From a virus (lineage: Duplodnaviria > Caudoviricetes), in IMG/VR virus record IMGVR_UViG_3300010163_001518, positions 1 to 64,000 of that record: a DNA stretch of 64,000 bases; one strand, written 5' to 3'. The notes below the pieces were generated by a model. The model searched no databases. It saw nothing but the letters and a program-made list of their open reading frames with translations, and was not told the DNA's origin. The position numbers and the translations under genes were made by a program. Shown here in pieces: positions 7,957 to 18,048 of the stretch (positions are counted from its first letter, which is position 1; the number at the start of each line of letters is the position of its first letter).

Positions 7957-10434
7957 TTATGTCATGGCGGGGACGGCATCCGGGTCGTCTGCCGTTTCCT
8001 CGCCGCCGTTGGCGTTGGCGAAGTCCTCGACCTCCTTGAGCAGCTCGAGGAGCTGTTGCAGGTCTTTGATCTTCTTGAGGTCGACAGGAATGAGCAGCTT
8101 TTGAATGACGATCTGCTTCGCGTCGTTGCCTTCGCCGGAGCTGCTGCCCTTGTTCTCCTTGCCTTCCCCTTCGTTGGAGAGGGAGACCTTCTTCACGGGC
8201 TCCCGCTCAATGGTCGGCTTCGGCCTCTCGGTCGTCGCCGCCTGTGCTGCGTTGTCCTGGATAGGCTCGATCGCCGGGTTTAGCGTGGCTTTCTCGAGCT
8301 CGTTGTTTGCTGTGCCGAGGCCCTTCTCTATGGCCTGGGCCGGGCTGTTCACGGCCTTTTCAATCCCGGAGGCGTAGGTCGTCATCGTCCTCTGTCCCGA
8401 GAGGGTCAAGGTCGAGAGTGGCCCCTCCTTCGCGTCGGAGAAGGGGAGCATATTTCGGATGCGCTGCAAGCCCCCCTTGACCGCGTCGACCGCGCCCGTA
8501 AACGCCGACTTGATACCGTTCGCAAATGTTGAGATGACTTTCTTCCCGGACTCGAAGAACCAGGAGACGGCCCCGGTGACGGTGTTCTTGACCGTGTTGA
8601 TGCCGTTCGAGAAGGCCGTTCTCACGGCCTCGAACCGCTCACGGACGCCGGAGGCGATGTTCGTGACGCCGGAGACGAATTTGTCCTTGATCGCTGTGAG
8701 CTTCCCGCCTGTCAAATTGTCGAGGAAGGTATAGCCCGCCGTGTAGATGCCCTTCACGCCCTCGATCGCGGCGGCGGCTGCGCCCCGGATGCCCCCGCCG
8801 TGGGACTCGTAGGCGGTACGCATATTGTCGAGCTTTTCCGCGACGGTGTCACGGGCCGCGCCCATGACGGAGCCGATCACGTTGCCGATGCCGGAGAAGA
8901 CGGCCTTCGCCGTCTCAAGGGCTGCGCCGAGCTTCTCCTTGAAGAAGCCGAGGATATTGTTGACGAGATTTCGGAACCATTCACACTTGTTATAGAGCAG
9001 CACGATCGCCGCTATGAGGGCCGCGATGCCGATGACGACCCATGTGACCGGGTTCGCCAGCAGCGCCGCCGTGAAGCTCCAAACGCTCGATATGAGCGGC
9101 GCGAGTGCTGCCTTTGCTATCCCGAAGCCCGCCTTGAGCAGCTTGAAGGCCGAGACGGCCTTCGTGATTGCGAGGCCCGCGCCGCCGACCACGACGGCGA
9201 TCGTGCCCGCCACGGTGAGGAAGCCTCCGATCGCGAGGACGATGAGCATAATGACCTTGACAAGCTCTTGATTTTCCTCTATCCACGACGCGACTTTTGT
9301 GAGCACGACCTCGCCCTTGCTCATGAGGTCGTTGATCGTGGGGAGCAGCGCGTTCCCGATAGACTCCTTGACGTTCTGGATGCGCTGCGTGAGGCGCTCG
9401 AACCGCTCCGGCTCGGTCTCATTGATTGCGTTCGCCATCTCGGTGGCGACGCCCGTCCCGGAGCCGAGGGCGTCATACATATCGAGGATATTGTTCTGTA
9501 GGTCTCCCGTCTTGCTGTAGAGGAGGTCGATGAGGGCCACGGCCTCGGTGTCCCCAAAGGCTTTTTGCAGCTCCATCTTTTCGGCGGCGTCCATGGTGTC
9601 GCCGAACTTCCCCCGGAGTAAGTCCAGGATTTCGGGCATAGACAGGAGTTGATTGTTCGCGTCCGTGAAGGACAGGCCCAGGGCCTCGCCGCCCTTCGTC
9701 GCCGACCGTAGGAACGCCTTGTACTTCGTGCCCGCCTCGCTGCCGCTCATGGTAGCCTGTAGCATACCGAGGATGGAGAGCTGCTCCTCGAGGGGGACGT
9801 TCGACGTCGTCGCCGACGCGCCGAGGGTCTGGATGGCGCTCGCCATTTGCGAGCCGTCCGTCTTGAACTGCTGCACCGACCGGGCGATGCCCGCCGAGAA
9901 CATCTCGCCGAACTCAATGTCGGTGAGGTCGTCATAGTAGCCCTTGTAGATACCGTAGCCTGTAGCAAAGAGGGAGGTCATCTCCCCGATCGTGGACTTT
10001 GTCGCCTTCGCTGTGAGGCCCGCGAGCTCCGTGTACTCGGCGACGCCTTCGTCGGATAGGGAGGCGATGCCGCTCTTGATGTCGTAGGCTGCGCTTATGA
10101 AGTCGGCCTTCGTCGTTCCGGCCCATTGGTCGGAGAAGCTCCGGGCCGCGTCTTCGACCGCCTCAAGGTCTTTGACGCCCTGGGAGGCGAGCTCGCCGAT
10201 CGCCCGGCGCGTCTCGAAGGTGGCCTCAACAGGGGCGAGGACGGCCCCGGTGATCTGTGCGCCCGCTTCCTGCATGACCGCCCCCGACTTTGCAATATTG
10301 CCGAAGCTCGCGCCGAGGGCGTCCATCTTGGACACGTCGGCCCCCACCCGGGAGGCGACGCTCGCCATGGGCCCGGAGAGGTTGTCGACCATGTTCATGA
10401 CGAGGGATAGTTTGAAAACAGACTCTAAACTCAT
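7957..10434 (-). CDS. Tail tape measure protein
   Basis: 825 aa Ala/Gly-rich with central hydrophobic segment and W/F periodicity. Confidence 0.93.
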   Translation of the reverse strand: MSLESVFKLSLVMNMVDNLSGPMASVASRVGADVSKMDALGASFGNIAKSGAVMQEAGAQITGAVLAPVEATFETRRAIGELASQGVKDLEAVEDAARSFSDQWAGTTKADFISAAYDIKSGIASLSDEGVAEYTELAGLTAKATKSTIGEMTSLFATGYGIYKGYYDDLTDIEFGEMFSAGIARSVQQFKTDGSQMASAIQTLGASATTSNVPLEEQLSILGMLQATMSGSEAGTKYKAFLRSATKGGEALGLSFTDANNQLLSMPEILDLLRGKFGDTMDAAEKMELQKAFGDTEAVALIDLLYSKTGDLQNNILDMYDALGSGTGVATEMANAINETEPERFERLTQRIQNVKESIGNALLPTINDLMSKGEVVLTKVASWIEENQELVKVIMLIVLAIGGFLTVAGTIAVVVGGAGLAITKAVSAFKLLKAGFGIAKAALAPLISSVWSFTAALLANPVTWVVIGIAALIAAIVLLYNKCEWFRNLVNNILGFFKEKLGAALETAKAVFSGIGNVIGSVMGAARDTVAEKLDNMRTAYESHGGGIRGAAAAAIEGVKGIYTAGYTFLDNLTGGKLTAIKDKFVSGVTNIASGVRERFEAVRTAFSNGINTVKNTVTGAVSWFFESGKKVISTFANGIKSAFTGAVDAVKGGLQRIRNMLPFSDAKEGPLSTLTLSGQRTMTTYASGIEKAVNSPAQAIEKGLGTANNELEKATLNPAIEPIQDNAAQAATTERPKPTIEREPVKKVSLSNEGEGKENKGSSSGEGNDAKQIVIQKLLIPVDLKKIKDLQQLLELLKEVEDFANANGGEETADDPDAVPAMT

Positions 10435-10495
10435 TGTGACCGCTCACCTCCTTCGTGTTGTTTGGAGGCTGTCTATAGCGACCGCGCCGCCCGGG

Positions 10496-10729
10496 TCAAT
10501 CCGAGGAGAAAACCTCGGAGATCGCCCGGGCGACGATGTCCTGCTCAAGCTGCTGAATGAACCGTGCCTTCGCGAGGAAGTCCAGCAGCACGTCGAGGTC
10601 GTCGATCGCTTCGGGGTCAAATTGCTCTAAAAGAGGCGGGGGGACATAGCGGTATATCTCAAGAAGGGCGCTTTCTGCAAAGCTCTCCCTTATCCCCGCG
10701 ACCTTCTCTCTTAGAGCTTCTTCAAATTT
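10496..10729 (-). CDS. Tail assembly chaperone -1 frameshift extension (GT-like)
   Basis: Start-less ORF entered at slippery A AAT TTG (10723-10729). Confidence 0.7.
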   Translation of the reverse strand, partial: KFEEALREKVAGIRESFAESALLEIYRYVPPPLLEQFDPEAIDDLDVLLDFLAKARFIQQLEQDIVARAISEVFSSD

Positions 10730-11079
10730 ACATCATTCCCGAGGCCCAGCAGCTCGCCGAGCTTGTTCCCGATCGTGATGGAGATGCCGGGATATTCCTC
10801 CATGTCGGAAACGAGCCGATCGCGGTCTTCGTCAACGACGGAGTCGAGGATGAAGGTCTTGCTCGCCTTGGAAATGCCGATCTTGGACATCGTCTTCACG
10901 AAGCGGTCATACACGGGGATGCTGGGCCGCTTGAAGAAGTAGCTGATCTCCTGCTCGTTCTCGTCGTCGACGGGAACGGTGACGCCGACCTTGTAGACCT
11001 TGCCGTATTTCTGCTTCATGGCCTCGGCGGCGTTGTCGGTGCCGGGGGCGGCGGTCTCGTTCTTCTTCATGCCTTCCAT
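10711..11079 (-). CDS. Tail assembly chaperone (G-like)
   Basis: 122 aa between tube and TMP. Confidence 0.8.
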   Translation of the reverse strand: MEGMKKNETAAPGTDNAAEAMKQKYGKVYKVGVTVPVDDENEQEISYFFKRPSIPVYDRFVKTMSKIGISKASKTFILDSVVDEDRDRLVSDMEEYPGISITIGNKLGELLGLGNDVNLKKL

Positions 11080-11128
11080 GTGTTAATACCTCCGTTTTTT
11101 CTCAAATTTCTTGAGTCGGCGCGGCCCG

Positions 11129-11563
11129 TCAAACGGGCTCGACGCCGTCCTCCACGATGCCGCCGACGATCATGAGGTCGATGTCGACGGAGAGGGTCTT
11201 GTCGCCCTGCGCGGCCTTATGGCTGCGCTTGACAAAGACGACTCGCTTGAGCTCGTCGATGCGGGTGCGCCCGCCGGGGTTGGCGTAGGAGACGACCACG
11301 GAGGGGAACTCCACGCCGTAGAAGGGCTTTCCCGTGGCCTTGCAGTAGTCCAGGACGTCGTCGAAGTCGTCCCGGTGCATGGACATCTTGCCGGACGCCT
11401 TGTAGTTGCCCTTGCCGTAGCCCCGGGGCCTGCTGCCCTTGCCGTAGGACTCCTCCATCTCCTGCTCGTCGTCGTAGCTGATCTCCTGGACGATGAGGTT
11501 CAGGCCGGGGACTTTGACGTCTACATCGCCCCACCCGTAGCTGATACCGTTTACTTTAATCAT
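11129..11563 (-). CDS. Tail tube protein
   Basis: 144 aa following sheath; YGKGSRPRGYGKGNY motif. Confidence 0.85.
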   Translation of the reverse strand: MIKVNGISYGWGDVDVKVPGLNLIVQEISYDDEQEMEESYGKGSRPRGYGKGNYKASGKMSMHRDDFDDVLDYCKATGKPFYGVEFPSVVVSYANPGGRTRIDELKRVVFVKRSHKAAQGDKTLSVDIDLMIVGGIVEDGVEPV

Positions 11564-11582
11564 GCGGCTCTACCTCCTTCCC

Positions 11583-13067
11583 TTACACGCTGGGCCGACG
11601 CCGGGCGAGGTCAATGTAGACCTCGCGGATGTAGCCCCGGGACAGATAGCGGATTTTCGTCCGCATGGTCTCGTCCTCGATGAAGGTCTCCTCATGCCCG
11701 TCCATGAGAATGATCTCGGCGGCGCTGATTTCCTTCGCGTCGATCATACGCTGCAAGGGCTCAAAGAGGAATTTGCATCGGGTCTCGAGCTCGCCTTGAA
11801 TGTCCTCGAGGTCGATGTCGTCGTTCATGAGGTCGAGGCCCTTCTTCCGGGTCTCCCGAATGATCTTGTTGAGAACGCGGACGTCTTCCGCATAGCGGTA
11901 GTCGCTGCCGTCCGGGGAGAGCATCTTCGTGTGGTAGACGAAGTAGTCGTCCTTCCCGTCGTACTCCCGGAAGGTGAGGAAGCCCGCAAGGTCGAGCAGC
12001 TCGATGATGGCGTTGTCCAGCTCCACGGGGAGCAGCTCCTCGAGCTTCGTCTTGCGGATGCCGAAGCCCGCCTCCTCCCGGGTCTTGCCGATGGAGGTCT
12101 GGACGCTGGACTTCGCATAGAGGCCGGAGACGAGGCCCGCAAGGTTGACGATCTTCGCCGAGCCGTCCAGCTTGACGAGACGGCCCCACGCGGCGACGAC
12201 CTGGATGTTGTAGTTCCTCACCTTCTTCGCCTTCGCCTCCATCTCAAGGGCCCAGTCGGTGAGATCGCCCTCCTCGCCGCCGCCTCCGAGCACGGGGCCA
12301 GCGCCGCCGCCCTCGCTGGGCGTGGGGAACGCGGCCTCCATGACGAAAAACATCGGCTTGTGGTAGGTCTCGAATAGCTGCGTCTGCGCCTCTCCGACCG
12401 CTTGCCAAAGGGCGAGATCGCTCTCGCCGACGATGTGGACGAACTCATACTCCTCGGCGAAGTTTTGGAGCTTCGCGATGGCGTTGAGGACGTCCCCGTT
12501 CGTCATGGTGGGGGCGGTAGTGGTGAAGGTGTAGGAGTCGTTCACAATGAACGAGCTCGGCTTCTGGTCATCCTCCGTCGCCTCGGTGAACTTGAGCTTG
12601 AGCCCCGTCCCCTCGATCTCATACTCGCCCGTCATAGGGACGGTGATCTCGTCGGTGAAGTTGCTCCCGCCGTCAATAGACAGCACAAAGGCGGCGGTAT
12701 TCAGCCCGCCCTGGGCGGTGATCTTGACGACGACCGAGAAGGCGTTCGTCGGGGAGCCGTCGACCGCCACGCTTCCGCTGCCGTCGCCCTTCTTAGAAAC
12801 GCTTCCCATCTCGCCCGCCGTGGTGGCGGAGACCGGGAGGCAGTAGATGCGGTTCGCGCCGAACTGGACGGAGTCCATGACGGCGTCGGCGAGGGGAGAC
12901 AGGCCGAGGCGGCTCTTGATCTGTGCCGCGTCCATGGCCCCAGTCACGACGATGGGGGTGTCGGAGACCACGGGGGAGACGCCGATCTTGAGGTGACGCC
13001 CGTCGCCCGTGGCGGTGGCGAAGCCGAGGTTCTTGTCTGTGATATGGTGCTTGACGTCTCGAAGCAT
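11583..13067 (-). CDS. Tail sheath protein (DUF2586-like)
   Basis: Start MLRDVKHHITD; C-terminal sheath-like YAEDVRVLNKIIR. Confidence 0.85.
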   Translation of the reverse strand: MLRDVKHHITDKNLGFATATGDGRHLKIGVSPVVSDTPIVVTGAMDAAQIKSRLGLSPLADAVMDSVQFGANRIYCLPVSATTAGEMGSVSKKGDGSGSVAVDGSPTNAFSVVVKITAQGGLNTAAFVLSIDGGSNFTDEITVPMTGEYEIEGTGLKLKFTEATEDDQKPSSFIVNDSYTFTTTAPTMTNGDVLNAIAKLQNFAEEYEFVHIVGESDLALWQAVGEAQTQLFETYHKPMFFVMEAAFPTPSEGGGAGPVLGGGGEEGDLTDWALEMEAKAKKVRNYNIQVVAAWGRLVKLDGSAKIVNLAGLVSGLYAKSSVQTSIGKTREEAGFGIRKTKLEELLPVELDNAIIELLDLAGFLTFREYDGKDDYFVYHTKMLSPDGSDYRYAEDVRVLNKIIRETRKKGLDLMNDDIDLEDIQGELETRCKFLFEPLQRMIDAKEISAAEIILMDGHEETFIEDETMRTKIRYLSRGYIREVYIDLARRRPSV

Positions 13068-13309
13068 TACTTCCTCGCCTCCTTCTTGTGTGCGGCCCCG
13101 CTCATGGGGGCCGAGGTGAACTTCTGAACCGCCCCGAGGAACTCGGCCTCGGTGACGGTCTTCCCGGGCTTCCAGCCCTGCGCGGCGCACACGCCCGCAA
13201 AGACGGCCCGGGAGATCTTCTTCTCGCTGCGGAGCTGCTCGATCGTGAAGATCTTCGCGGCCTCCGCCTGGGCCGGGGCCGAAGCCTCGGCGGTTTTCTT
13301 AGTAGCCAT
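13067..13309 (-). CDS. Small virion-associated hypothetical protein
   Basis: 80 aa, coupled to sheath start. Confidence 0.65.
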   Translation of the reverse strand: MATKKTAEASAPAQAEAAKIFTIEQLRSEKKISRAVFAGVCAAQGWKPGKTVTEAEFLGAVQKFTSAPMSGAAHKKEARK

Positions 13310-13822
13310 TTACAGACTCCTTTCCGTTGTTCTTTCGATGGCTTCGATCTCGACGTGAGTCAGCGGGCCGAAGTCGGTGTCCCTGTATAGCCCGCCCTGG
13401 AAGGTGATCGCCACTTGAACGGCGACTTGAGCCTTGAGGATGGAGTCGTCTTTGTTGACCCAGTCCGCCCCCTCGACCTCGATCGGGACAAAGTCTCCAT
13501 TGACGTAGATGCCCCGATCGAGGCTTGCGAGGAACTTCTCGAACATGGTCTCGACCGTGTCGTCGTTATAGTCGCCGATCGTCACGGTGAAGGTGAGGTT
13601 CCGGTTGAAGACCTTCCGCCTCTTTTTCCGCGCTCCCTGTTGGTCTTTATAGTAGGTTTTGGAGCCGTTTCGGGAGATGGCCTCCTCGTCGAATATGACC
13701 GCGCCGACGTGGCTCTCTTGGCTTTTCTCGAGGCCCTTGATGGTGGTGTAGGGCTTGGATTTGAGCCCCGCCTCCTTGAGCTTCGCGAGCAAGTACGCCT
13801 TGCTCTCCGCGTATAGTGACAT
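13310..13822 (-). CDS. Tail terminator-position protein
   Basis: 170 aa; synteny between neck and sheath. Confidence 0.65.
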   Translation of the reverse strand: MSLYAESKAYLLAKLKEAGLKSKPYTTIKGLEKSQESHVGAVIFDEEAISRNGSKTYYKDQQGARKKRRKVFNRNLTFTVTIGDYNDDTVETMFEKFLASLDRGIYVNGDFVPIEVEGADWVNKDDSILKAQVAVQVAITFQGGLYRDTDFGPLTHVEIEAIERTTERSL

Positions 13823-14319
13823 TAGTCCTCACCTCCGACGAACTCCTCGACGGTGTCCTTGATCTCGTCCATGTCCTCGCTTGAGAGGCCGAGGAAGGGG
13901 CGGGCGGGGATTTTGACCTTGACCTGTTTCTTTGTAATCCATTTCCCGCCCACTTGGAAGCGGAGCCCCCTCGAGGTCTTTGCCCGGATAGTCCGCCCCG
14001 GCTCGCCGAATTGGTGGGTCGCTCCATGTTTGACATTAGTGCCGACCGCGAAGCCCGTCTCGTCCGCTCGGGACTTGATCGAGTTTCGGAGCTGCGACGT
14101 GTCGATCAGGGTCTTCCCGCCTACCGTCGCGGCCCGGATGGAGGTCTTCCACTTCTTGCCGTTCGGGCCTCTGCTCTGCCGGAAACGCTCGAGAGTAGAC
14201 TCCCGGACGCCCTCGGCGAGGGCCGCGTTGAGGCCCTTTCGGTCGATCTCCGAGTAGCTCCTCATTTTGCGGAGCAGCGCGGAGACGTCGCCTTCGAGCC
14301 GTATGCTTGTACCGGGCAT
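13822..14319 (-). CDS. Virion morphogenesis/tail completion protein (Mu gpG-like)
   Basis: GKTLIDTSQLRNSI, GATHQFG, IPARPFLGLS motifs. Confidence 0.88.
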   Translation of the reverse strand: MPGTSIRLEGDVSALLRKMRSYSEIDRKGLNAALAEGVRESTLERFRQSRGPNGKKWKTSIRAATVGGKTLIDTSQLRNSIKSRADETGFAVGTNVKHGATHQFGEPGRTIRAKTSRGLRFQVGGKWITKKQVKVKIPARPFLGLSSEDMDEIKDTVEEFVGGED

Positions 14320-14323
14320 AGCC

Positions 14324-14785
14324 TCACATCCCCTTCATTTTGTCCCGGCTGAAAAGCCGGGGGTTCGACTTTGCGGCGAAGCCTGTCGCGGCGGCGGAGG
14401 CGGGGTCGTCGCCATCCGTGCCGGAGCCGACGTTCACCTTGCCCTCCGCGACGAGGGTGAGGAACTTGACCGCCGCGTTGTAGCGGTTGAGGTAGTTCTT
14501 CTCGGCCTCGCCCTCGTCGATGCCGATGCGGGAGTAGAGGTTGTAGATCGCGATGTCCTTCGAGAACTTATTGAGCACTCTCGGGACGGGGTCAAAGGGG
14601 ACTCTGTAGCGTTTGGCGAGGTAGCCGTCGATCTCGGCGTCCGCGTCTGCGATCGCCATGTCGATGATCGGCCCGATCTTCGCCTCGCGCTCCGCCTCGT
14701 CCTCCTCGAAGGTGTCCCCGATAATTACGTTGAGGGCGTCGTCCTTGAGCATTTCGCGGACTTCGGCCCTTATGCTGTAGCTCAT
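14324..14785 (-). CDS. Head-tail connector (DUF1320/Mu gp36-like)
   Basis: ADAEIDGYLAKRY, RYNAAVKFL motifs. Confidence 0.88.
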   Translation of the reverse strand: MSYSIRAEVREMLKDDALNVIIGDTFEEDEAEREAKIGPIIDMAIADADAEIDGYLAKRYRVPFDPVPRVLNKFSKDIAIYNLYSRIGIDEGEAEKNYLNRYNAAVKFLTLVAEGKVNVGSGTDGDDPASAAATGFAAKSNPRLFSRDKMKGM

Positions 14786-14813
14786 GGCGCTCCCTCCTTA
14801 TCAGGGTCGGGGT

Positions 14814-15704
14814 TTACGCCTGGGCGCTGCCGTCGCTGCCGTAGGCCATCTGCCAGAAGCCGAAGCCCGCGTTCCCCCGGGAGTCCGCGCCGTAGAGGAA
14901 CTGCTTCTTCATGAAGACGTTGTCGTCGGTCTCGGCGGTCTTGCTCACGAACTTCGCCTTCTTGCGCTCCTGGTAGATGAGGGGCTTGACGGGGCGGGAG
15001 GTGCAAAGCAGATACCACGCCGTATCATGCCCGGCAAGCTGCGGGACGACGAGGGGCTTCGCGGTGCCCTGCATCGTGTTCCGGGTGCCGTTGATAAAGT
15101 CGGCGACGAGGATGTCCCGGGCCCGCGCCTCGAGGGCAGGAGGGACGACGAGGGTGTCGGGGATGAGGTTCAGCGCCCGGCCCTTCGCATTGGTGAGGCT
15201 CATGATCGCGGTACGGGCTGCGATGTACGCCTCAAGGGAGAGCTGCGCGGTGCCCATGTTGGAGACCGTCTTCTTGCCGATCTCGTGCTTGTCGGAGAAG
15301 AAGGGCTTCCCGTCGTAGCACTTCGCGGAGAAGCCGGAGGCCAGCAGCGCGAAGATGAGCTCGTCGGGGTGCTGGGCGGCGGACTGGGCCAGCATCTCGA
15401 CCGAGGGATTGTAGAGGCCGATCTTGTCGTCCTCGATCGCGTTGCGGTCAATGCCGATGGTGAGCTCGAAGTCCTTGTTCCTGATCGCATAGCCGGAGGC
15501 TGCGAGGTTCTGGACTTCGCGGTCGCCGATCCACTCCCGCATACCGGGGATATCCCCGAGCCATGCGTAGGTCTCGACGTCGGTCGTGGACGGAGTGACG
15601 GTGGCGATCGTCTTGTAGAGGGGCTCGACGGTGGCGAGGGCCTTGTTGAAAAGGGTGTTGAAGCCCACATAGATGCCCCTCAAGTTTTGGGGATTGACAA
15701 TCAT
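14814..15704 (-). CDS. Major capsid protein (Mu gpT-like)
   Basis: WLGDIPGMREWIGDR, DFELTIGIDRNAIEDD motifs. Confidence 0.93.
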   Translation of the reverse strand: MIVNPQNLRGIYVGFNTLFNKALATVEPLYKTIATVTPSTTDVETYAWLGDIPGMREWIGDREVQNLAASGYAIRNKDFELTIGIDRNAIEDDKIGLYNPSVEMLAQSAAQHPDELIFALLASGFSAKCYDGKPFFSDKHEIGKKTVSNMGTAQLSLEAYIAARTAIMSLTNAKGRALNLIPDTLVVPPALEARARDILVADFINGTRNTMQGTAKPLVVPQLAGHDTAWYLLCTSRPVKPLIYQERKKAKFVSKTAETDDNVFMKKQFLYGADSRGNAGFGFWQMAYGSDGSAQA

Positions 15705-15725
15705 GATCTATTCCTCCTTCTTGTG

Positions 15726-16166
15726 TTAGGCCGAAGCGGCGGGCCCGGTGTAGCCGAAGCCCATCTCAACGGCGACGCCTTCATCGTCCACACGGACGAC
15801 GAGGCCAGCGATGGAAGCGCCTGTCGCGGCCTTGGTGACGGTCTGGTCGTCCTCGATGTAGCACGGGCCCAGCACGTCGGCGGCTGCGAGCTTGTTCGCG
15901 GCGGTGGCGGTGTTCTCAAAGACGAAAACGCCCCGCTTCACCCGGACGACGGCCTCGCCGTCCGCGCCGCTGTTCTCGATGGTCTCCTCGGCCCGGCCCG
16001 CCGCCTTGAGCCCCGCCGCCTTCTTGCCGGGGACGGCGAAGCCGTTCGCGTCGATCGCGACGATGGAGCCCTGGAAGATGGTCGTCGAGCCCTTCACGGG
16101 GAGCACGATCGAAGTCGCGCCGCTCATGATCTCATTGGTGTCTCTCGGTGCCTTCAATGCTGCCAT
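15726..16166 (-). CDS. Head decoration/capsid cement protein
   Basis: 146 aa Ala/Gly-rich between protease and capsid. Confidence 0.7.
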   Translation of the reverse strand: MAALKAPRDTNEIMSGATSIVLPVKGSTTIFQGSIVAIDANGFAVPGKKAAGLKAAGRAEETIENSGADGEAVVRVKRGVFVFENTATAANKLAAADVLGPCYIEDDQTVTKAATGASIAGLVVRVDDEGVAVEMGFGYTGPAASA

Positions 16167-16170
16167 GGTC

Positions 16171-17205
16171 TTAGTCCTCCTTCATTCCGTACTTCATGAC
16201 GTCCTCGGCGCTGATGCCGAGCTGCTTGCAGACGAACATCGTCGCCTCGTCGGGCTTGTTGCCCTTGAGGGCCACGTCGCCGGAGCCGACCACGTCGCCC
16301 ATGGGTACGACCTGGGGGGCCTTCTCGACGAAGTCCTTGAAGTCGCCCGGGCTCTTGAGGGCGTAGCCCTTCGCCCATTCCCGCTGTGCCGGGGTGATCT
16401 TGCCCGCCTTGAGGGCCATCTCGACGGCCTCCTCGGCGTCCCGGTCGGCGAGCTTCTCCTTGAGGGCCTTGACCTCCTCGGCGAGCCCGTCGCCGCCCTT
16501 GAGGGCCATGATCGCCGCCGCGACGTCGGCGGTGGGGGCTCCGGCCTTGAGGCCCAGCAGCTCACAAACCTCCTTGTTTGCGACGACCTTGTCGCTCTCG
16601 GGCGGCTGCTGCTTCGCGGCCTCGGCGTTCTCCTTGAGGCTCTTGTTCTCCTCAAGGCAAGCCTTGAGGGCCTCGGAGACCTGCTCCTCGGTGGCGTCTT
16701 CGCCCAGGCCGAGCAGCTTCGCGATCTCTTTCAGAAAATCCATGTTGTCTTGTCCTCCTTCAAAATTGAGTGAGTTGACGATCGGGTCGATGTGCTCGAT
16801 CGCCGGGGTGTTGGTGAGGGCGATCGAGTGGAGCCCCATCGCCTTGTTGTCCGACTTTCGGACGGTGATGACCGGGGAATGATAGCGGTACTCACGGTTC
16901 TCGAGGTACTCCTTCGCCCGGGGCGTCCACTCGACCCGCGCCTTGATCTGCCCGTCGTCAAGGAAAAGCTCCTTGACCCATCCAGCGGCGGGGGCCTGTT
17001 CCCCGGTGAGGGTCTGGTGCTCGTAGTCGACGACGAGGTCGACGCCCCGCTGGGCGATCTGCGCCTTCATGGCGGCGAAGCTCTCCTCGTCAACATCGAA
17101 CTCCCCCTTCGCGCTCTTGACGTGGCCCATGGGGAGGACGGTGATGACCTCCGGGGCCCCGCTGATCTCCACCTCGCCGCCCTTGAGGGTGAGAAAGTCC
17201 TTCAT
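16171..17205 (-). CDS. Prohead protease/scaffold (Mu gpI-like)
   Basis: VVDYEHQT, PAAGWV, YRYHSPV, ALTNTPA motifs. Confidence 0.92.
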   Translation of the reverse strand: MKDFLTLKGGEVEISGAPEVITVLPMGHVKSAKGEFDVDEESFAAMKAQIAQRGVDLVVDYEHQTLTGEQAPAAGWVKELFLDDGQIKARVEWTPRAKEYLENREYRYHSPVITVRKSDNKAMGLHSIALTNTPAIEHIDPIVNSLNFEGGQDNMDFLKEIAKLLGLGEDATEEQVSEALKACLEENKSLKENAEAAKQQPPESDKVVANKEVCELLGLKAGAPTADVAAAIMALKGGDGLAEEVKALKEKLADRDAEEAVEMALKAGKITPAQREWAKGYALKSPGDFKDFVEKAPQVVPMGDVVGSGDVALKGNKPDEATMFVCKQLGISAEDVMKYGMKED

Positions 17206-17340
17206 TTGCTCTTGTCCTCCTTCGCTTCCTTCTTGTTGTGGCCTGTAACGCCGTTAAACGGCGTTATAACGGCCCGTTCCCGGCTACCCTGTGAAATTAC
17301 CCTCCCGACGTTCTCGGCTCGTCTGCGGCCTTTTACGGGC

Positions 17341-18048
17341 TCATGGTGAGGGGTTCTCCTTTTCTCGGTTTTTGTATGCCTTTATAAGCGGCTCGGGGTA
17401 GCCTGTGAGGTCGGGGGAGAACTTCACCTTCGCCGGGTTGGTGCCGAAGTGAGGGTCGGGCGCGATCGCTGGAAACTTGTCCTCGACCGTGAGCCCCCGG
17501 GCCTCGACTTGCCGCTTCGAGAGGGTTCGCACGGTGCAGCGGCATCTAAAGCCGTTCGGGGGGAACCAGGTATTCCAGATCGGATGATCTGCCGGATAGA
17601 CCCTCCCGTCCATCGCGAGATGGCTCGGGCGCGTGTGGGAGTCGTTGACGGCGTCGTACTGCCAGTAGGGGCGGAGCTTCATGACGCTCGGGTCTGTCAT
17701 CTGCTCATAGTGCCCCACGTTGTAGGCCGTCTGTATGTTGGTACGGAAGATGAGGTCGGCTTGCAGCGGGTCGAGCCCCTCATATCCCTCGCTCTTGAGG
17801 AAGGCGTTTATATGGGAGCGGAACTCCGAGAAGGTATTCCCGTCTTCCAGGGCGGCGAGTATCTCGTCATAGAACCGCTTGAGGATTTGCGCCTTCGTGT
17901 ACCCGCTGACGGTGAAGGCGAGCCCCCGGTATTGCTCGGCGATGCTGTAGAAGACGTCCGCCGTGACCGGGACGCGGCCCTTGAAGTAGTCGACGGCCTC
18001 CTCGAAGGTCATGTCCTTCCGGGAGAATACGCTCTCAATGCCGTCCAT
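17341..18048 (-). CDS. Head morphogenesis protein (Mu gpF/SPP1 gp7-like)
   Basis: IFRTNIQTAY, TRPSH, PPNGFRCRC motifs. Confidence 0.92.
   Translation of the reverse strand: MDGIESVFSRKDMTFEEAVDYFKGRVPVTADVFYSIAEQYRGLAFTVSGYTKAQILKRFYDEILAALEDGNTFSEFRSHINAFLKSEGYEGLDPLQADLIFRTNIQTAYNVGHYEQMTDPSVMKLRPYWQYDAVNDSHTRPSHLAMDGRVYPADHPIWNTWFPPNGFRCRCTVRTLSKRQVEARGLTVEDKFPAIAPDPHFGTNPAKVKFSPDLTGYPEPLIKAYKNREKENPSP

Noticed and set aside
17246-17266. 21-bp palindrome TAACGCCGTTAAACGGCGTTA between gpF and protease
   Set aside because: Single short hairpin with no second copy or further support; likely an ordinary mRNA stem.
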